64,000 bases of DNA, from positions 868,001 through 932,000 of the forward strand of contig CM119378.1 in the NCBI GenBank assembly GCA_051294905.1, given 5' to 3'. Positions 24,451 through 38,491 of this stretch are shown piece after piece. The translations under genes were made by a program, and so were the position numbers. Each line of letters opens with the position of its first letter. Position 1 is the stretch's first letter. The notes under the pieces are model-generated. The model searched no databases. It saw only the letters and a list, made by a program, of their open reading frames with translations, and was not told the origin of the DNA. Source of the DNA: Botryllus schlosseri. Lineage: Eukaryota.

Positions 24451-25583
24451 TTGACGAACATGGATGAATCATAATTTTACTGCTGATAAACGATACATAA
24501 GCTTTCCACACATTCGTCATAGATTAATTGGGTACGACATCTCGCGTTGAAACTATGAAATTCAGACCGACTCGAATGATACGGCGGATTTTCTGGTATC
24601 TATCCCTTGCGATAGGCGTTTACCCCACCCTATCCTATATGACCGACACATTGGCGAAGGACTCGGACATTTAATCCGCTGTCGCAAAACCGCTAATGAT
24701 TGTAGCGATGTAAAATTGCATTCTAAGACATATTCTAATGAAACAATACTTTTGTTTTACGTAATTTTGTAGATGAATTACTGCTAGCAGCACGTTATGC
24801 CAAACAAGTTTTACATGTCATGATCTTTTGTTGAGATTCCAAAATAACCCCGTATATATTTTACCATAGTGTCCTATATGGTGTCGACACAAGCAAATCT
24901 CACGGTTCAATGAAATTGTATCACGTCACAATTTCCATTTGGCTACAGGCAATTTGACGGTTATCTTTGACCGGCTTGCCGAGCAATAAATTTGATGAAT
25001 CGGGTATCAATCGAAAGCTGACTCTGCACTGATTACGAAAATATAAATTTTATTCCACTCATGGCCCTGGAACCCCCACAATCAGCCCCAAATTATTCAT
25101 TGTTGAGTAGATTGTCAGTGTGACGCAACAATGCTGTCTGGCGAAACGAGAGAGAAACTCAAGAGCAAGGATGCGGCCGAGCGGCGAGAGTGGAATCAGC
25201 TGACGTCGCGGCAATAGATATGTGCAATCGCGTATTCGCGTCGCAGAGAAACGCTGCGCTGTTGATACTTTTTCTATTTGCTTCGGTACAAGCGAGCACG
25301 CCTTATCAGCCTTTCCTTGACTTTTAAGCAGTGTTGCCAATTTAGCGATTTTCGCGCTAGATCTAGCGATTTTTCATCCGGTTTAGCGCCAAAAAATATG
25401 AATCTAGCGCCTAGTGATAAATCTAGCGATTTTTTAAAAAGTATTTAGCGATTATTTACCGCTTTTTTACCGAAAATAACCACTAAAGATCAGTTCTGGC
25501 TGACGACTGCATTGGCTATACCGGTCACCAGAGTGCTGACTCCGATGATATATAAATATAGATTACTACCTACCGATAGATAG

Positions 25584-26009
25584 CAGAGATGAGCATGGAT
25601 TAGGATTAGGTTTTGAAAAAATAGGATTTGTGAAATTTTGTCGGATTTGGATTGGATTTGGATTAGACATTTTTTTCAGAACGGATTAGGATTTGGATTT
25701 GATTTACCTATTTTCTGGGAGATTGAAATGTCGTGTGGCGAATGGCGACAAACTTTATTTAGATCAGTTATTAATGTACTTATGGTTACTAAGTTCTCTT
25801 GAATCAAGTGAATCGTTGGTTGTGAAAGAAAATTTTCGAATCCCTCCATTGCATAAATTAGTATTTTTTCTGAATTTCCAGTTGGAATCGGATTAGGATT
25901 GGACATGGACTTGAATAAGAAAAAGTTATGGATTAGGATTATGATTTGGATTTGAAGGTTCGGATTTGGATTGGATTAGGACATAGAAATTTCAAATCCG
26001 CTATCTATG
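25584..26009. mobile_element. Second copy of the CAGAGATGAGC MITE
   Basis: Aligns along its length to 3091-3526; right TIR degenerate. Confidence 0.85.
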
Positions 26010-26701
26010 ATAAATTTAGATTGTAGATACGCAACTCCTGGCGGTTACGCATGGGCAAACAGTGTCTCTTCCTGCTGAGTAATCTAAAAGAAGCATAGTT
26101 GGCAGTGCTACATCTGGCGACCTGAACGCTGAAATTTAATATAATTGGCCATGATCGAAAGATAGTGTCGCAGTGATTTCGAAAATACAAAATAAAATCT
26201 CGTCTGGACAATGGAACCATGCACCCCGAAACAGCCCTCAAAGTCTGAAAACTGGCTTATTGCTCCAACAATGGCACCGCCGCAACACAATGAACATAAC
26301 GATGAACAATTTCGTCCAGCGATTGTTCTTATCAATGCCAATTTCCAGACTTTAGGGGCTGTTTTGAGGTCGCTCCATTGTCTGGTCATTCGTTTAGGAC
26401 CAGATTAATTACATTTCATACCCCGGGTTGGTCCTCGGATTATTTTCTTAAGGTCTCTACTTATAGTGGCAAACAAACCCGTTTCAACGTCGTGTTGTGT
26501 CGGATCAAGTCGCATGTCGTGTACTGTACACGTGTGTCAATCGCATGTCGTGTTCAAGTAGGCCAACTCCAACACAGTTTAGAGAAGAAGTCAAGCGCAT
26601 AACCACGGTACATCGCATCACGTATTCACAGACGCATCGAGTAAGGCACGCTGATATAGTGAGCGGTTATGCCTGCAAACCTGGTCAGTGTTCACGTACA
26701 G

Positions 26702-29160
26702 TAGGGTTGTTCAGAATTGATCGACTTTCAAAATGTCGTGGTTTTCAGTCCGATTCCCATGCCTTATGCCATAAAAACATATTCTAGGTACTTTTTTTCG
26801 TAATTCATCCCTTGCATCCGTGAGCACATTGAGCTGGAAAAATATCGCCTAAAAATAGGGGATTCCCCTAAAATTTGAGTGTCACTATTCGAACTAGGCT
26901 AGTAAAACGTCATATATAAGCTGGTTTTATGTAGCTATTGCGGTTGGAGTGCTACATAACCTCACTATAGAAAGTATTGTCAGTTCAGGACACCATTTTC
27001 ATGTCCCACACTGCCTTGGAACTCCTCAAAACTGCCTAAGACTGATAGTCATTTTGTTGGATGACCTATCCTACACTCCTCAACACTACCCGAGATTGTT
27101 CATCAATTGCCGGGATCACCACGTGCAAGAATACAACTGTAAATGTATCATTCACTCACAGCCACATTATAAACATCACATTGTTCAAAGGAAACGAAAC
27201 AAAAAGGCAAAGAAACAGATCAACTTGGCAAATACTACTTAAATCAGGTCCGGATGAAATGGTTGCTCTAGAGAAATCGGCATATCTGTTCCCGTTATCT
27301 TCCACGGCTTGTAAGAGGCTCGCTCGCTGTTCTTTGTCATCTGTTTTGAAAGCATCAAAGTCGGCATTCAATTTCACCAAACGCTCTGCTGCGCCGTTAA
27401 CTATTTCAACGCTACTCACAAATTCTTGAGCAGTCACGAAATACGAATCAGTATGCCATTCCGAAACTGGAAGACTAAACCAATCATGTTCGACAAGTAT
27501 AGCATTGAATAGAAACCATGATTCCGGTTCAATTAAAGCAACCATACTCATTGACTCAGAGACAGAGTCAGAGATTAGACTCAGAGGTATAGCCTACCTC
27601 TGCGAAATTGTTCAAGGATTGGCATTTGCAGCAATTTAGCAGCCATCGCTTCCTTCACTTTGTCAGGAATCTTTGGTTTAGCCGAGAACATTGTTGATAC
27701 CACCGTTTCCTCGGTGAGATGCCAATGATGTTCTCGCATCTTTTTATATACTACATCAGCAACTGTGAACTCGCACAATGAAAAGTCTGTCATGCCATGA
27801 AGGAATTTAAGATCAAGATACAGTGCGTCACATGCATTACCAGTTTTCAACCAAGCTGGGACATAAAACAGGGCAACTTTCTAATTAACTCTTCAGAATA
27901 GCCCATTTGCTCTCTCCACATGAACATTTTTGACAGTACAGCACTTGACTCATCCATCCAGTGCTATTAGTAGCACCAGGCTTGCGAAAACGATTATCAA
28001 TATATTGGGCAGCTACAATCGCCAAGGTGCCTGTTGCACATTCTCTGTAGTCATTTATTATCAAGACTTCTTTCTGCTTTCCATTATATGGCTTCATCAG
28101 TGGAATTATTTCTTGCTTAGCTTCATCAGCTTTGATCGCCAACCAGCTGCATTCATCAAACTGAAGTGTTGTAGAGCTTTTTAATTGATCAAAATCTTTC
28201 CACTTCTTGGAAGGTATTAAAATCTGTGTTTTCAGGGCCTGTGGTCGCAGATTCAAACACACTTCACTTCCAGACCTCCCCGGATGACTGGTTCATGAAT
28301 ATGATGGCGACAAGCAGAAATAGAAAGTAGAAAACTTTCCTGTTTATCAATTCTTCAAGTAACAGAACCGCACCTTTATTTTTTCCATTGTTTGAGGGTG
28401 TTGTGTCAAACACAAGAGCTCTGACATTATTTGTTAAATTATAAAGTTCCAGCAGTTCAAATGACAGAGCAGCCTGTGCTTTTCCTGTAGCACTCTCCAG
28501 AGTTCGATTGCCAAGAAGTTTGCCTTTCTCAAATGCGTTGGAATACGCAGACTATATGCCAGCACTGCCAAGGCCTCAAATTTCCCTCCGAAACGACTTC
28601 TAGTGAGCTTTGCATCCCAGTGCAATGCAATGTGCCAAGTTGATCTGTTTCTTTGCCTTTTTGTTTCGTTTCCTTTGAACAATGTGATGATTATAATGTG
28701 GCTGTGAGTGAATGATACATTTACAGTTGTATTCTTGCCCATGGTGATCCCGGCAATTGATGAACAATCTCGGGTAGGGTTGAGGAGTGTAGGATAGGTG
28801 ATCCAACAAAATGACTATCAGTCTTAGGCAGTTTTGAGGAGTTCCGAGGCAGTGTGGGACATGAAAATGGTGTCCTGAACTGACAATACTTTCTATAGTG
28901 AGGTTATGTAGCACTCCAACCGCAATAGCTACATAAAACCAGCTTATATATGACGTTTTACTAGCCTAGTTCGAATAGTGACACTCAAATTTTAGGGGAA
29001 TCCCCTATTTTTAGGCGATATTCTTCCAGCTCAATGTGCTCACGGATGCAAGGGATGAATTACGAAAAAAGTACCTAGAATATGTTTTTATGGCATAAGG
29101 CATGGGAATCGGACTGAAAACCACGACATTTTGAAAGTCGATCAATTCTGAACAACCCTA
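26702..29160 (-). mobile_element. hATm-like transposon relic with ~530-bp inverted arms
   Basis: TAGGGTTG...CAACCCTA; perfect 8-bp TSD ACGTACAG; arms 26702-27230 / 28633-29160; decayed transposase between them (LHWDAKL, ACRHHIHE, DYRE, PGA..WM, HHWHLTEE, IVNGAAERLVKL). Confidence 0.85.
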
Positions 29161-29460
29161 ACGTACAGCGATCGCTGCGCAAAGCGATCTGCTTTATCGA
29201 AATGCACTGCCGTTTTGTCCCGCTTAGATATGACTATTACGTATTATGAACTAAAAATATGATAAGTGACTTTGGCCCAAGACGAGTAAAATATAGCTGA
29301 GAAGAATATATCAATATAATGGTTCAATTTAACACCTTTAGCAATTAATGCAGATTTAGCGCTATTTTTTAGCGCTTTTTTCTCAATATTTAGCGCCATC
29401 TAACGATTTTTGACACCAGTTTTAGCGATTTTCTTCCATCCGGAGTTGGCAACACTGCTT

Positions 29461-31232
29461 TAAGGGTAGAACTGGGTCCACAGAATGTATTAGGGCCCTA
29501 CCAATTTTCGCGGATTATCCTTCAACTGATAGAGATATTTAGGCTACGTCTAAATTGTCTACATTGGATATGTCACATTATTATGATATCGATTGCCTTA
29601 GCCCGCTAGTTGCGTCGGGCTCCAGAGACGCGTGGCGCTGTTGATACTTTCTATAGGCGCTTGGCTAGAAGCGAGCACACATTACCAGCCCTTCCTTGAT
29701 TTGTAAGGGTAGAACTGGGTCCACAGAATGTATTTGGTCCCTACCAATTTTCGCGCATTATCCTTCAACTGATAGAGATATTTAGGCTACGTCTAAATTG
29801 TCTACATTGGATATGTCACATTATTATGATACCGATTGCCTTAGCCCGCTAGTTGCGTAGGGCTCCAGAGACGCGTGGCGCTGTTGATACTTTCTATAGG
29901 CGCTTGGCTAGAAGCGAGCACACATTACCAGCCCTTCCTTGATTTGTAAGGGTAGAACTGGGTCCACAGAATGTATTAGGGCCCTACCAATTTTCGCGCA
30001 TTATCCTTCAACTGATAGAGATATTTAGGCTACGTCTAAATTGTCTACATTGGATATGTCACATTATTATGATATCGATTGCCTTAGCCCGCTAGTTGCG
30101 TAGGGCTCCAGAGACGCGTGGCGCTGTTGATACTTTCTATAGGCGCTTGGCTAGAAGCGAGCACACATTACCAGCCCTTCCTTGATTTGTAAGGGTAGAA
30201 CTGGGTCCACAGAATGTATTTGGTCCCTACCAATTTTCGCGCAATATCCTTCAGCTGATAGAGATATGTAGGCTACGTCTAAGTAGTCTACATTGGATAT
30301 GTCAGATTATTATGATATCGATTACCTTAGCCCGCTTGTTGCGTAGGGCTCCAGAGATGCGTGGCGCTGTTGATACTTTCTATAGGCGCTTCGCTAAAAG
30401 CGAGCACACATTACAGCCTTTCCTTGATTTTTAAAGCTAGAACTGGGTCCACAGAATGTATTTGGACCCTACCAATTTTCGCGCAATATCCTTCAGCTGA
30501 TAGAGATATGTAGGCTACTCTAACGAAATATATTGTTCACGCCATTTTAAGATTTGAGCAATAGGGAGTGTTGTGAACCTTACCTAATTCCCTGAAGTGA
30601 AAACCCGAAAGACCTTCGTGAGTCGTCTATTTGTCGTGTGAATTATAGATAAGAGAAATAAATCGTACGATCTTTGGTGCATGTAATCTCTCGTGGCTAT
30701 GATCTATATACGAATGTAACACAGCGTATATACACGTTAATTCATGATTATTCGCTGATTCGGAAGTCCGTTGCATTGTCGTACGTGATTCAATAAAGTT
30801 ACAAGTCGTGGAGACAGAAACAAAATATATTCGTCAGTGTGATCCATCGAATACGTGTGCAATAGACAGGCTTCGTGGTACGTCAGCCAACAAGGCCGCA
30901 CGGCGCGGTTACGCCGGCCCGTCAAAAGAAACACGCAGCGAATTGTAAACGCAGCCTTCTGGAGTCAATTATACAACTATAAACATTCGCTCTGCGTTAT
31001 ATATAAGTAGTCTACATGGGATATGTCAGATTATTATGATATCGATTACCTTAGCCCGCTTGTTGCGTGGGGCTCCAGAGATGCGTGGCGCTGTTGATAC
31101 TTTCTATAGGCGCTTCGCTAAAAGCGAGCACACATTACCAGCCTTTCCTTGATTTCTAAAGGTAGAACTGGGTCCACGGAATGTATTTGGGACCTACGAA
31201 TTTTCCTGCAATATCCTTCAACTTATAGAGAT
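29461..31232. repeat. 243-bp tandem repeat (satellite-like)
   Basis: Units start at 29461, 29704, 29947, 30190 and ~30432; interrupted at ~30520-31005; another near-full unit to 31232; a partial unit at ~25255-25328. Confidence 0.92.
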
Positions 31233-34200
31233 CCTTCCGTCTGAGTATAGCTAGGTTAGTTATCTATAATTGCACATAGCTATTGCCGCTACGTCAGCTG
31301 ATCCCACTCTCGCCGCTCGGCCGCATCCTTGCTCTTGAGTTTCTCTCTCGTTTCGCCAGACAGCATTGTTGCGTCACACTGCCAATCTACTCAACAATGA
31401 ATAATTTGGGGCTGATTGTGGGGGTTCCAGGGCCATGAGTGGAATAAAATTTATATTTTCGTAATTAGTGCAGAGTTAGCTTTCGATTGATACCCGATTC
31501 ATCAAATTTATTGCTCGGCAAGCCGGTCAAAAATAACCGTCAAATTGCCTGTAGCCAAATGGAAATTGTGACGTGATACAATTTCATTGAACCGTGAGAT
31601 TTGCTTGTGTCGACACCGTTATAGGACACTATGATTTTACGTTCCGTCTTCGATGATTAGCCAATCTACACCGCTGACATATGACACAAGGAAATTCAGG
31701 ATAGAATTGGAGCATTGGGCTGTTTAAATGGATAATTTCACCCAAAACAATCGGAATATAAACGTCGGACATGTCCAGATTGTCCATGTCCACTGTCGAG
31801 ATTGTCCACGCATCAAAAATAGAATGTTATCTGAAAGGTAGGGCAACTGGAAAAGTATGGAAAAATATCAAATTTGGTAAGGAAGAATGTTGCTATGGTA
31901 TGGAAAATTATAAGTATGGTATGGAACGATTGAATCAGGTATGGAGTATGAAAATCTTTCACACCATACCATGACCCGGTCATAGTGAAGCGAACTGCCG
32001 ATGCGTAACGTACTAAAGTGACTGGTGTTTGTGTTTTTAGTTTTGTACAGCTCAGTATTGACTCTTCACTGTCAGGGCACATGCTTACAAACAGAAATAC
32101 AGCATACGGCACATGCCTGTAGTTGTCGGGAAAGGATACTGCTAATGAAGTGTGTATAATGTGTATAGCATTACCTATCTGATGACAGCCCATCCGAGCA
32201 GTAGGTTAATAATTTGTGTGATTTCAATAATCAGAACGTGGCCGTCGCTACTCGGCCGGTGTGAGTTTGCTAAATTCTGTTTATTCTAATTTCAAAATAC
32301 CAAAACTCGCGACATAATGAAAATATAGGAAGGACTATAATCGACTTGGAATAGTATTTCATTTAGTTTACAGCTCAGGATAATGGACTTATGATGCTGT
32401 AAGTTAGAACTTATTTAATTCACAATGTTGGAGAGAGCATTCCAAAATAGTATATTCGAGGAGAACAAGGCGATTTAGTAAAAATTTATGCTAATTCATT
32501 AATGGCAGACCCCATCAACTCAATGTATGACACTGCTCACTAAAATAGTGCATTGGCTTTGATCAAATTTCTTCTATGATAAGCTTCTCAGGCAGTGAGG
32601 CAGATATGTCGCATAAAATTTTTGACCTTACCTGGAGTTGTGATAAGTTTACAAGTGGAAGACATCTACTTGATGACATCAGTCACAGGGGTAGGCTACT
32701 CATGAGAAAAGCCTGTTACATACAGCATATCATATATACCTGCAGTTGAAATTTGTATGTTTGGGGTTAGTTAATCTATCTTTGTAATAGTAGTTTTCCT
32801 GACCCTCGGTACATAGTCAGAATATCTGTAGGATAGATAGTTTGACATCTTCTTAGCATCAGTGCTTGATGTGTTCAGGTCGACAATCAAGTCATTGATA
32901 GATTGTAAGACTGCTTTGCTATTTCGAAAATAATGATCAACGCATAAGTATGCAAAGCAAGAGGTCTAATTCTTAGTTTAAGAATTCCCGTGTGGGCATA
33001 TCTGCCGCCATCTTGATCGGCATCATAATTTATGATAATTGATCATTCACGTTGCAGTTATAAATTATGCTCACTGTGAGTCATACCACACAAACCTTGA
33101 ATGAAATATGGCTTGCAGCTGCCTTAAGGGAAGTTATGCTTGAAAAGCCATTTTTCACTTGTAGTCCAAGAATATTGACTGGACAATTGTTTGAAAGTCT
33201 GTGCTTTCATTGTGCGGATCACTGTTATAAAATAGGTCTCAAGAAGTCGTAATTGTTCAGTACTATGCATTTAATTTTATGGTAAAGTACTCCACGCGTA
33301 GTACTATGATTAGAGTGTCAAATCTGATTGCAAAGAATGTTACAGATATCCAAAACATTGCAACACGACCCAATCATATAAGTTGACTGGCTCATAATCA
33401 CACAAGGTTAGAAGAAATCATATGAAATGACAGAAACCTCAATTTGATCCTAGAATTTTCTTTAGATTCTCATTCAGGCTTGTGACAGTGCTCAATTCTA
33501 TAGTGAACCAGAATAATTACTTCCATGGTGATTGCTCCCAATCTTTGGTGCACTCGTAGACCTTTGATGTGCAAAAAGAAGGGCTGAGTAAAATCGAATA
33601 CCAGATTGATTCGATTCTGAATCAAGTAGTATTAGGCTTCGAGTCTAGTATTCTAGTATTGTTCGTTATAACATCACAATAGTATGAATAATACGGAAAG
33701 TTGATTTACAGTAGGCTATGTACCTTTTATGCGACCACAATGAATATAAATATAATGCCGATTCTATTTCACATTAAACCTTATTTGGTATTAATTCAAC
33801 TATACCTATTTCATCGCTCTTTGTGACAATGCTCATGGGTTAATCACAACTTCACCGATATATCAATTCTACTAAAGCAGGGATCACCAACACGCGGCCC
33901 GCAAGGTCATATTTTGCGGCCCGCGACTTGATTTGAGATATCTGAAGAAAGCTAAGAAAACTTAAAATGATGAAATTGACTACAGTTTCAACATATTGTT
34001 GTTGTTGTTTCACAATAAGCTATTCTCCTGTGCCCAACATCACTATTCATCACTAGCTAAAACGGCTTTGGCGATGGGAACAGCATTCCATCGAGGGAGA
34101 ATAATCAGCTGATATGAATGGGCTGGGCATATTGCCTTGACGTGCAATGGCCCAAACACTGCCAAGACTGAGGCGGCGCTTAGAAAACGGCATAGGGAAG

Positions 34201-34452
34201 TGGTTCTTAAACTAGGGGGGGGGCACCCCTCTTGTGGGGGCGTGAAAGCATCTTGGGAGGGCGCGGAGCTGCAGGCAACTGAAAAATTTTTCGCACCCAG
34301 CGCGATTTACATCAAATTCAAGTTTTGTGTATTGTCCGGAATTCATATTATACAATTCTCTCATCAACAGTCATAATCTTCCATGCCATCAAATTTTCCG
34401 TTGGGATTGCTAGCATTCTGGTTGCATTTTGTGATATGACGATAAGGGGGGA

Positions 34453-36941
34453 GGGTCAGTTCATTTCAGGTGCTCCAGAAAAATTTCAAAATGTACCCCC
34501 ACCATCTCAGATTTTCATGAAAATTGGTATGCTTAGAAAACTTTTCTTTCTGATTTCAGAAAAACAAATTTTATGAAAATCGGTCAAGTACAACCGAAAA
34601 TGCGGCCGTTCAAAAATTACTGGTTTTGTGATTGCTCAAGCGGAAAAAATGTCAGAAATTTACACATATATTTGAAATTTGCTATATTTTAGTCAAATTA
34701 GGGTTGTTGAGGGTGACACTCTCACACTTGTTCATTTACATCCTACTTGATACTTTACCCCCTTCTTTGACACCTGGGGTTGCATAGTCTGACCTTTAAC
34801 CCCGTGATTCTGTTCATGTCTTCAGAAATCGCTCACGCGTGACGTCATTTTTAATTGCAAATATCTTTTGGCTAAGAGGTGATGTCATTAAGTGTAAGGT
34901 GTCATTGGAAAGCTCTTGACAAGGACTTTCAAAATCAACAATAACATTCCTGGATATAGAATCATTACATACCATAAGAGTGCCATGAAACTAACCTGAC
35001 CAATAACATGTTTTAATTAAAAATCTCACCTTTCTGAACATGACACAAACTCTGTGAAACAACTAATTTTACTTTTATTCTATGTACAGTACCAATTGAT
35101 CTATAGACAGGGTAATCAGTATAACTCAGATCAGATAATTGCTGACATAAATTATGCTGGAAATAAATTTGGAGATATTTTTGAAAATTGGATAAAAATT
35201 TGCTACACAGTTTGAGGTGAACACACAGTACTTCAAAAATGAATCTGAATTCACAACTAATGCAATGATAAGATGCAATATTTTATGTGTTCTACACAAT
35301 ACATTTGGGCAACGATCAGCACTAAACAATGAAATGAACAATAACAATGTCCTGCGGGTTGGTAGTTTTCATATTATGGTGAGATATTAACTATGCACAT
35401 ATCAGATATATTATTTTTCGATGCTATATCTTCCAAACTTCATTGGACTTTCAGTGTTGTTTATACACATTCTTTTTAATGCTAACTCGGTCTTTCATCC
35501 CTGGCATCAACCTACTGTGTTCGTTGTTTTCAAAAAACTTCACAACTTTTTCAATTGTTTCACCTGAAAGCATCTTCCCTTTTCGTGGTGGTGGCTAAGA
35601 AAAAACTCCATTGTCATTTTCTTGCTTTTCGCATCCCTCGCCAACCTTTCACATACTCCAAAAATTTTCGAGATTTTTTTTCTTGACCAATTTTCTAGAG
35701 CCATTGTTAAGACTTGAATTTTTTGAGCTCTTGTTGAATTAGGGCTATTGATTTTTTCTTTCATTTTTGATATCATATTTTCAAAAGCAGCTTCATTTTC
35801 ATATTCCTTTTTTGCCGTCACTACTAATTCTTGAATCTCATCAACATGTAAAACCTTGGCAAGCTTTGCTCTAACATTGAGATTCAATTCTTATATTTTC
35901 TTTTGCCGTTTCTAATTTTTCGATTACCAGAAAGAGAATGCAGCTTTACTGGAGATTCACATCCAGCATGAAGACTCTGATATGTGCATAGTTAATATCT
36001 CACCATAGTATGAAAACTACAAACCCTGAAACCGGCAGGTCATTGATATTGGATTTCATTGTTGTTGTTCATTTCATTGTTTAATGCTGATCGTTGCCCA
36101 AATGTATTGTGTAGAATACATGAAATGTTGCATCTTATCATTGCGTTAGTTGTGAATTCTGATTCATTTTTGAAGTACTGTGTGTTCACCTCAAACTGTG
36201 TAGCAAATTTTTATCCAATTTTCAAAAATATCTCCAAAATTATTTCCAGCATAATTTATGTCAGCAGTTATCTGTTCCGAGTTATACTGATTAACTTGTC
36301 TATAGATCAATTGGTACTGTATATAGAATAAAAGTAAAATTAGTTGTTTCACAGAGTTTGTGTCATGTTAAGAAAGGTGAGATTTTTAATTAAAACATCG
36401 TATTTGCAGGTCAGTTTCGTGGCACTCTTATGGTATGTAATGATTCTATATCCAAGAATGTTATTGTTGATTTCGAAAGTCCTTGTCAAGAGCTTTCCAA
36501 TGACACCTTACACTTGATGACATCACCTCTTAGCCAAAAGATATTTGCAATTAAAAATGACGTCACGCATGAGCGATTTCTGAAGACATGAACAGAATCA
36601 CGGGGTTAAAGGTCAGACTATGCAACCCCAGGTGTCAAAGAAGGGGGCAAAGTATCAAGTAGGATGTAAATGAACATGTGTGACAGTGTCACCCTCAACA
36701 ACCCTAATTTGATCGAATTATGGCAAATTTGAGTTACATGTATATATTTCTGTCATTTTTTCCGCTTGAGCGATCACAAAAATGGCAATTTTTGGACGGT
36801 GATATCTTCGGTTCTACTTGACCTTTTTTGCTGAAATTTGGATTTCTGAAATCAGAAAACAAAGCTCTGTAAGCATGCCAATTTTAATGAAGTTTCGAGA
36901 TGGTGGGAATATGGCCTGGAGCAACTGACATAATATGACCC
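34453..36941 (-). mobile_element. Sola2-like element with ~950-bp inverted arms
   Basis: GGGTCA...TGACCC; 4-bp TSD GGGA; arms 34453-35406 / 35976-36941. The spacer encodes KIQVLTMALENWSRKKI...FGV...KGKML..ETI..V..FFE..EHSRLMPGMKD, frameshifted. Confidence 0.8.
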
Positions 36942-37257
36942 GGGAGCGAAATTTTTCAGTATCATAAAGGAGGGCTTGGGGATTCCCCCCAAGACTGAGC
37001 TTTACCTGGAGATGGTCTTTCAGCTAGTAACGTATCTCGCTAGCCCTAATATCGATTCCTTAGTCGCTGAAAAGCGTTTTCAGGTATCATGTACAGCTCA
37101 GAGTTCAAAATAAAATGAAATTGACGATAACGATTTTTTGTTGTATTTGCATTCCTTTAATAAAATATTACTTCTTCTATGGTCACTATGCCCATCGCCT
37201 ATGTTAGGTAGCACGGCGTTGCACTGACATAGAGTTTTAAAACATGATTGCCTAGTT

Positions 37258-38491
37258 CAGTGGTTCTCAACCGCCGGTCCGCGATGTCATTCCTGCCGGT
37301 CCGCCAGGTATATTACAATTTTATACCTTAAGTTCAAGATGCAATGTTGAAGGCTTGTCCATTGATAATATGAATAAAACATCAAATTTTAAACTGATTC
37401 AGAACTTCGTGAGGTAACATTATGGCTGAAAACATGTTCGATTTGACTTATTAAGTCCAAGACGTGTCATTTGACGACATGCGGGCGACAAGTACAGAAC
37501 AGTTACGAGCTGACTCATCGCTGAACAGCGCAATTTGCGCGATAATTCGTTTTCGATTCATTCATTTTGTGCAGGACCGTAACTGGGGCACCCCAAACCG
37601 CCCAATTGGAGAGGGGCCGAGCTTGAGAAGAACCCAAAATTATTTTGCAAATGAACATAAATGATAGCGTTTTTTTAAAACTTTTCCCAACATTTGCCAT
37701 TTTCTTTTCGCGCTTAACGCGATTTATTGTCACTAAATGTCTTGCTTATTCGGTGCCCTTCTCCGAAAAATACGCATGATTAATAGAAATAGGCATTTCG
37801 GCGTCAGCCATTACCGCTCCACGACGTACCAACACATAATCAAGTTTAGGCTAACATGGGACTCCGAAACGCGTGCCGAAAATTCGGCAGCGAGAAAACC
37901 GATTCAGTCATGAATGATCGAAAATTCTCGCCATTGGCGCCTTTTGGGCCCAAGACCAACGTTTTGGGGGGTGGGCCGACGAAGTGCTTTTTCGGCGAAG
38001 ATTGCATGTATAGTGAGGTATTTTCTTCCGGCGCGCATTGTCCTTGTAGTTGGCAGAGTAGCCTATGCGTTCGGTCGCAGTGGATAATGAGCAAAGGCAA
38101 CACGAGAAGGTGCTTGGTTCGACTCCGAAATGCTTCTTCTCTCGATATTGTCAAAGAGAAAAATATTATTCGAGTTGACATAGTCTGTTAAACCCACGGC
38201 CTTTGGCGCGAAAGACTGTAAACGACTCTCGGCGGTAGCACGTTTATCTGGACGAGGCACTTTTACCTCGACTCAGCAGACTGACTACCATAAAATCACA
38301 TGGATGCCATCATGAAGATAATTAATTACTATCAAAACCCTCTAAATGCCACTCTCTAGCATCATATAATTGCAAAAAACGGTTGCATACTTTACATTTT
38401 GGCTTCATTTCAATTTTGAAAGTTCACCGGTCCGCCAGACATTTTTTGACATTTTAACGGTCCACGAGATGAAAAAGGTTGAGAACCACTG
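37258..38491. mobile_element. hAT-Charlie-type non-autonomous element
   Basis: TIR CAGTGGTTCTCAACC...GGTTGAGAACCACTG; perfect TSD GCCTAGTT. Confidence 0.88.

Larger units (their letters stand above)
25329..29457. mobile_element. Non-autonomous hAT-type element with TAGCG repeats, inserted in a satellite unit
   Basis: TIR CAGTGTTGCCAA...TTGGCAACACTG; near-TSD CTTTTAAG / CTTTAAGG; the satellite sequence resumes across it. Confidence 0.8.
24865..31633. mobile_element. Foldback-like non-autonomous element, P-element-like termini, ~365-bp TIRs
   Basis: CATAGTGTCC...GGACACTATG; arms ~24865-25228 and ~31269-31633; perfect 7-bp TSD ATTTTAC; no transposase of its own seen. Confidence 0.8.
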
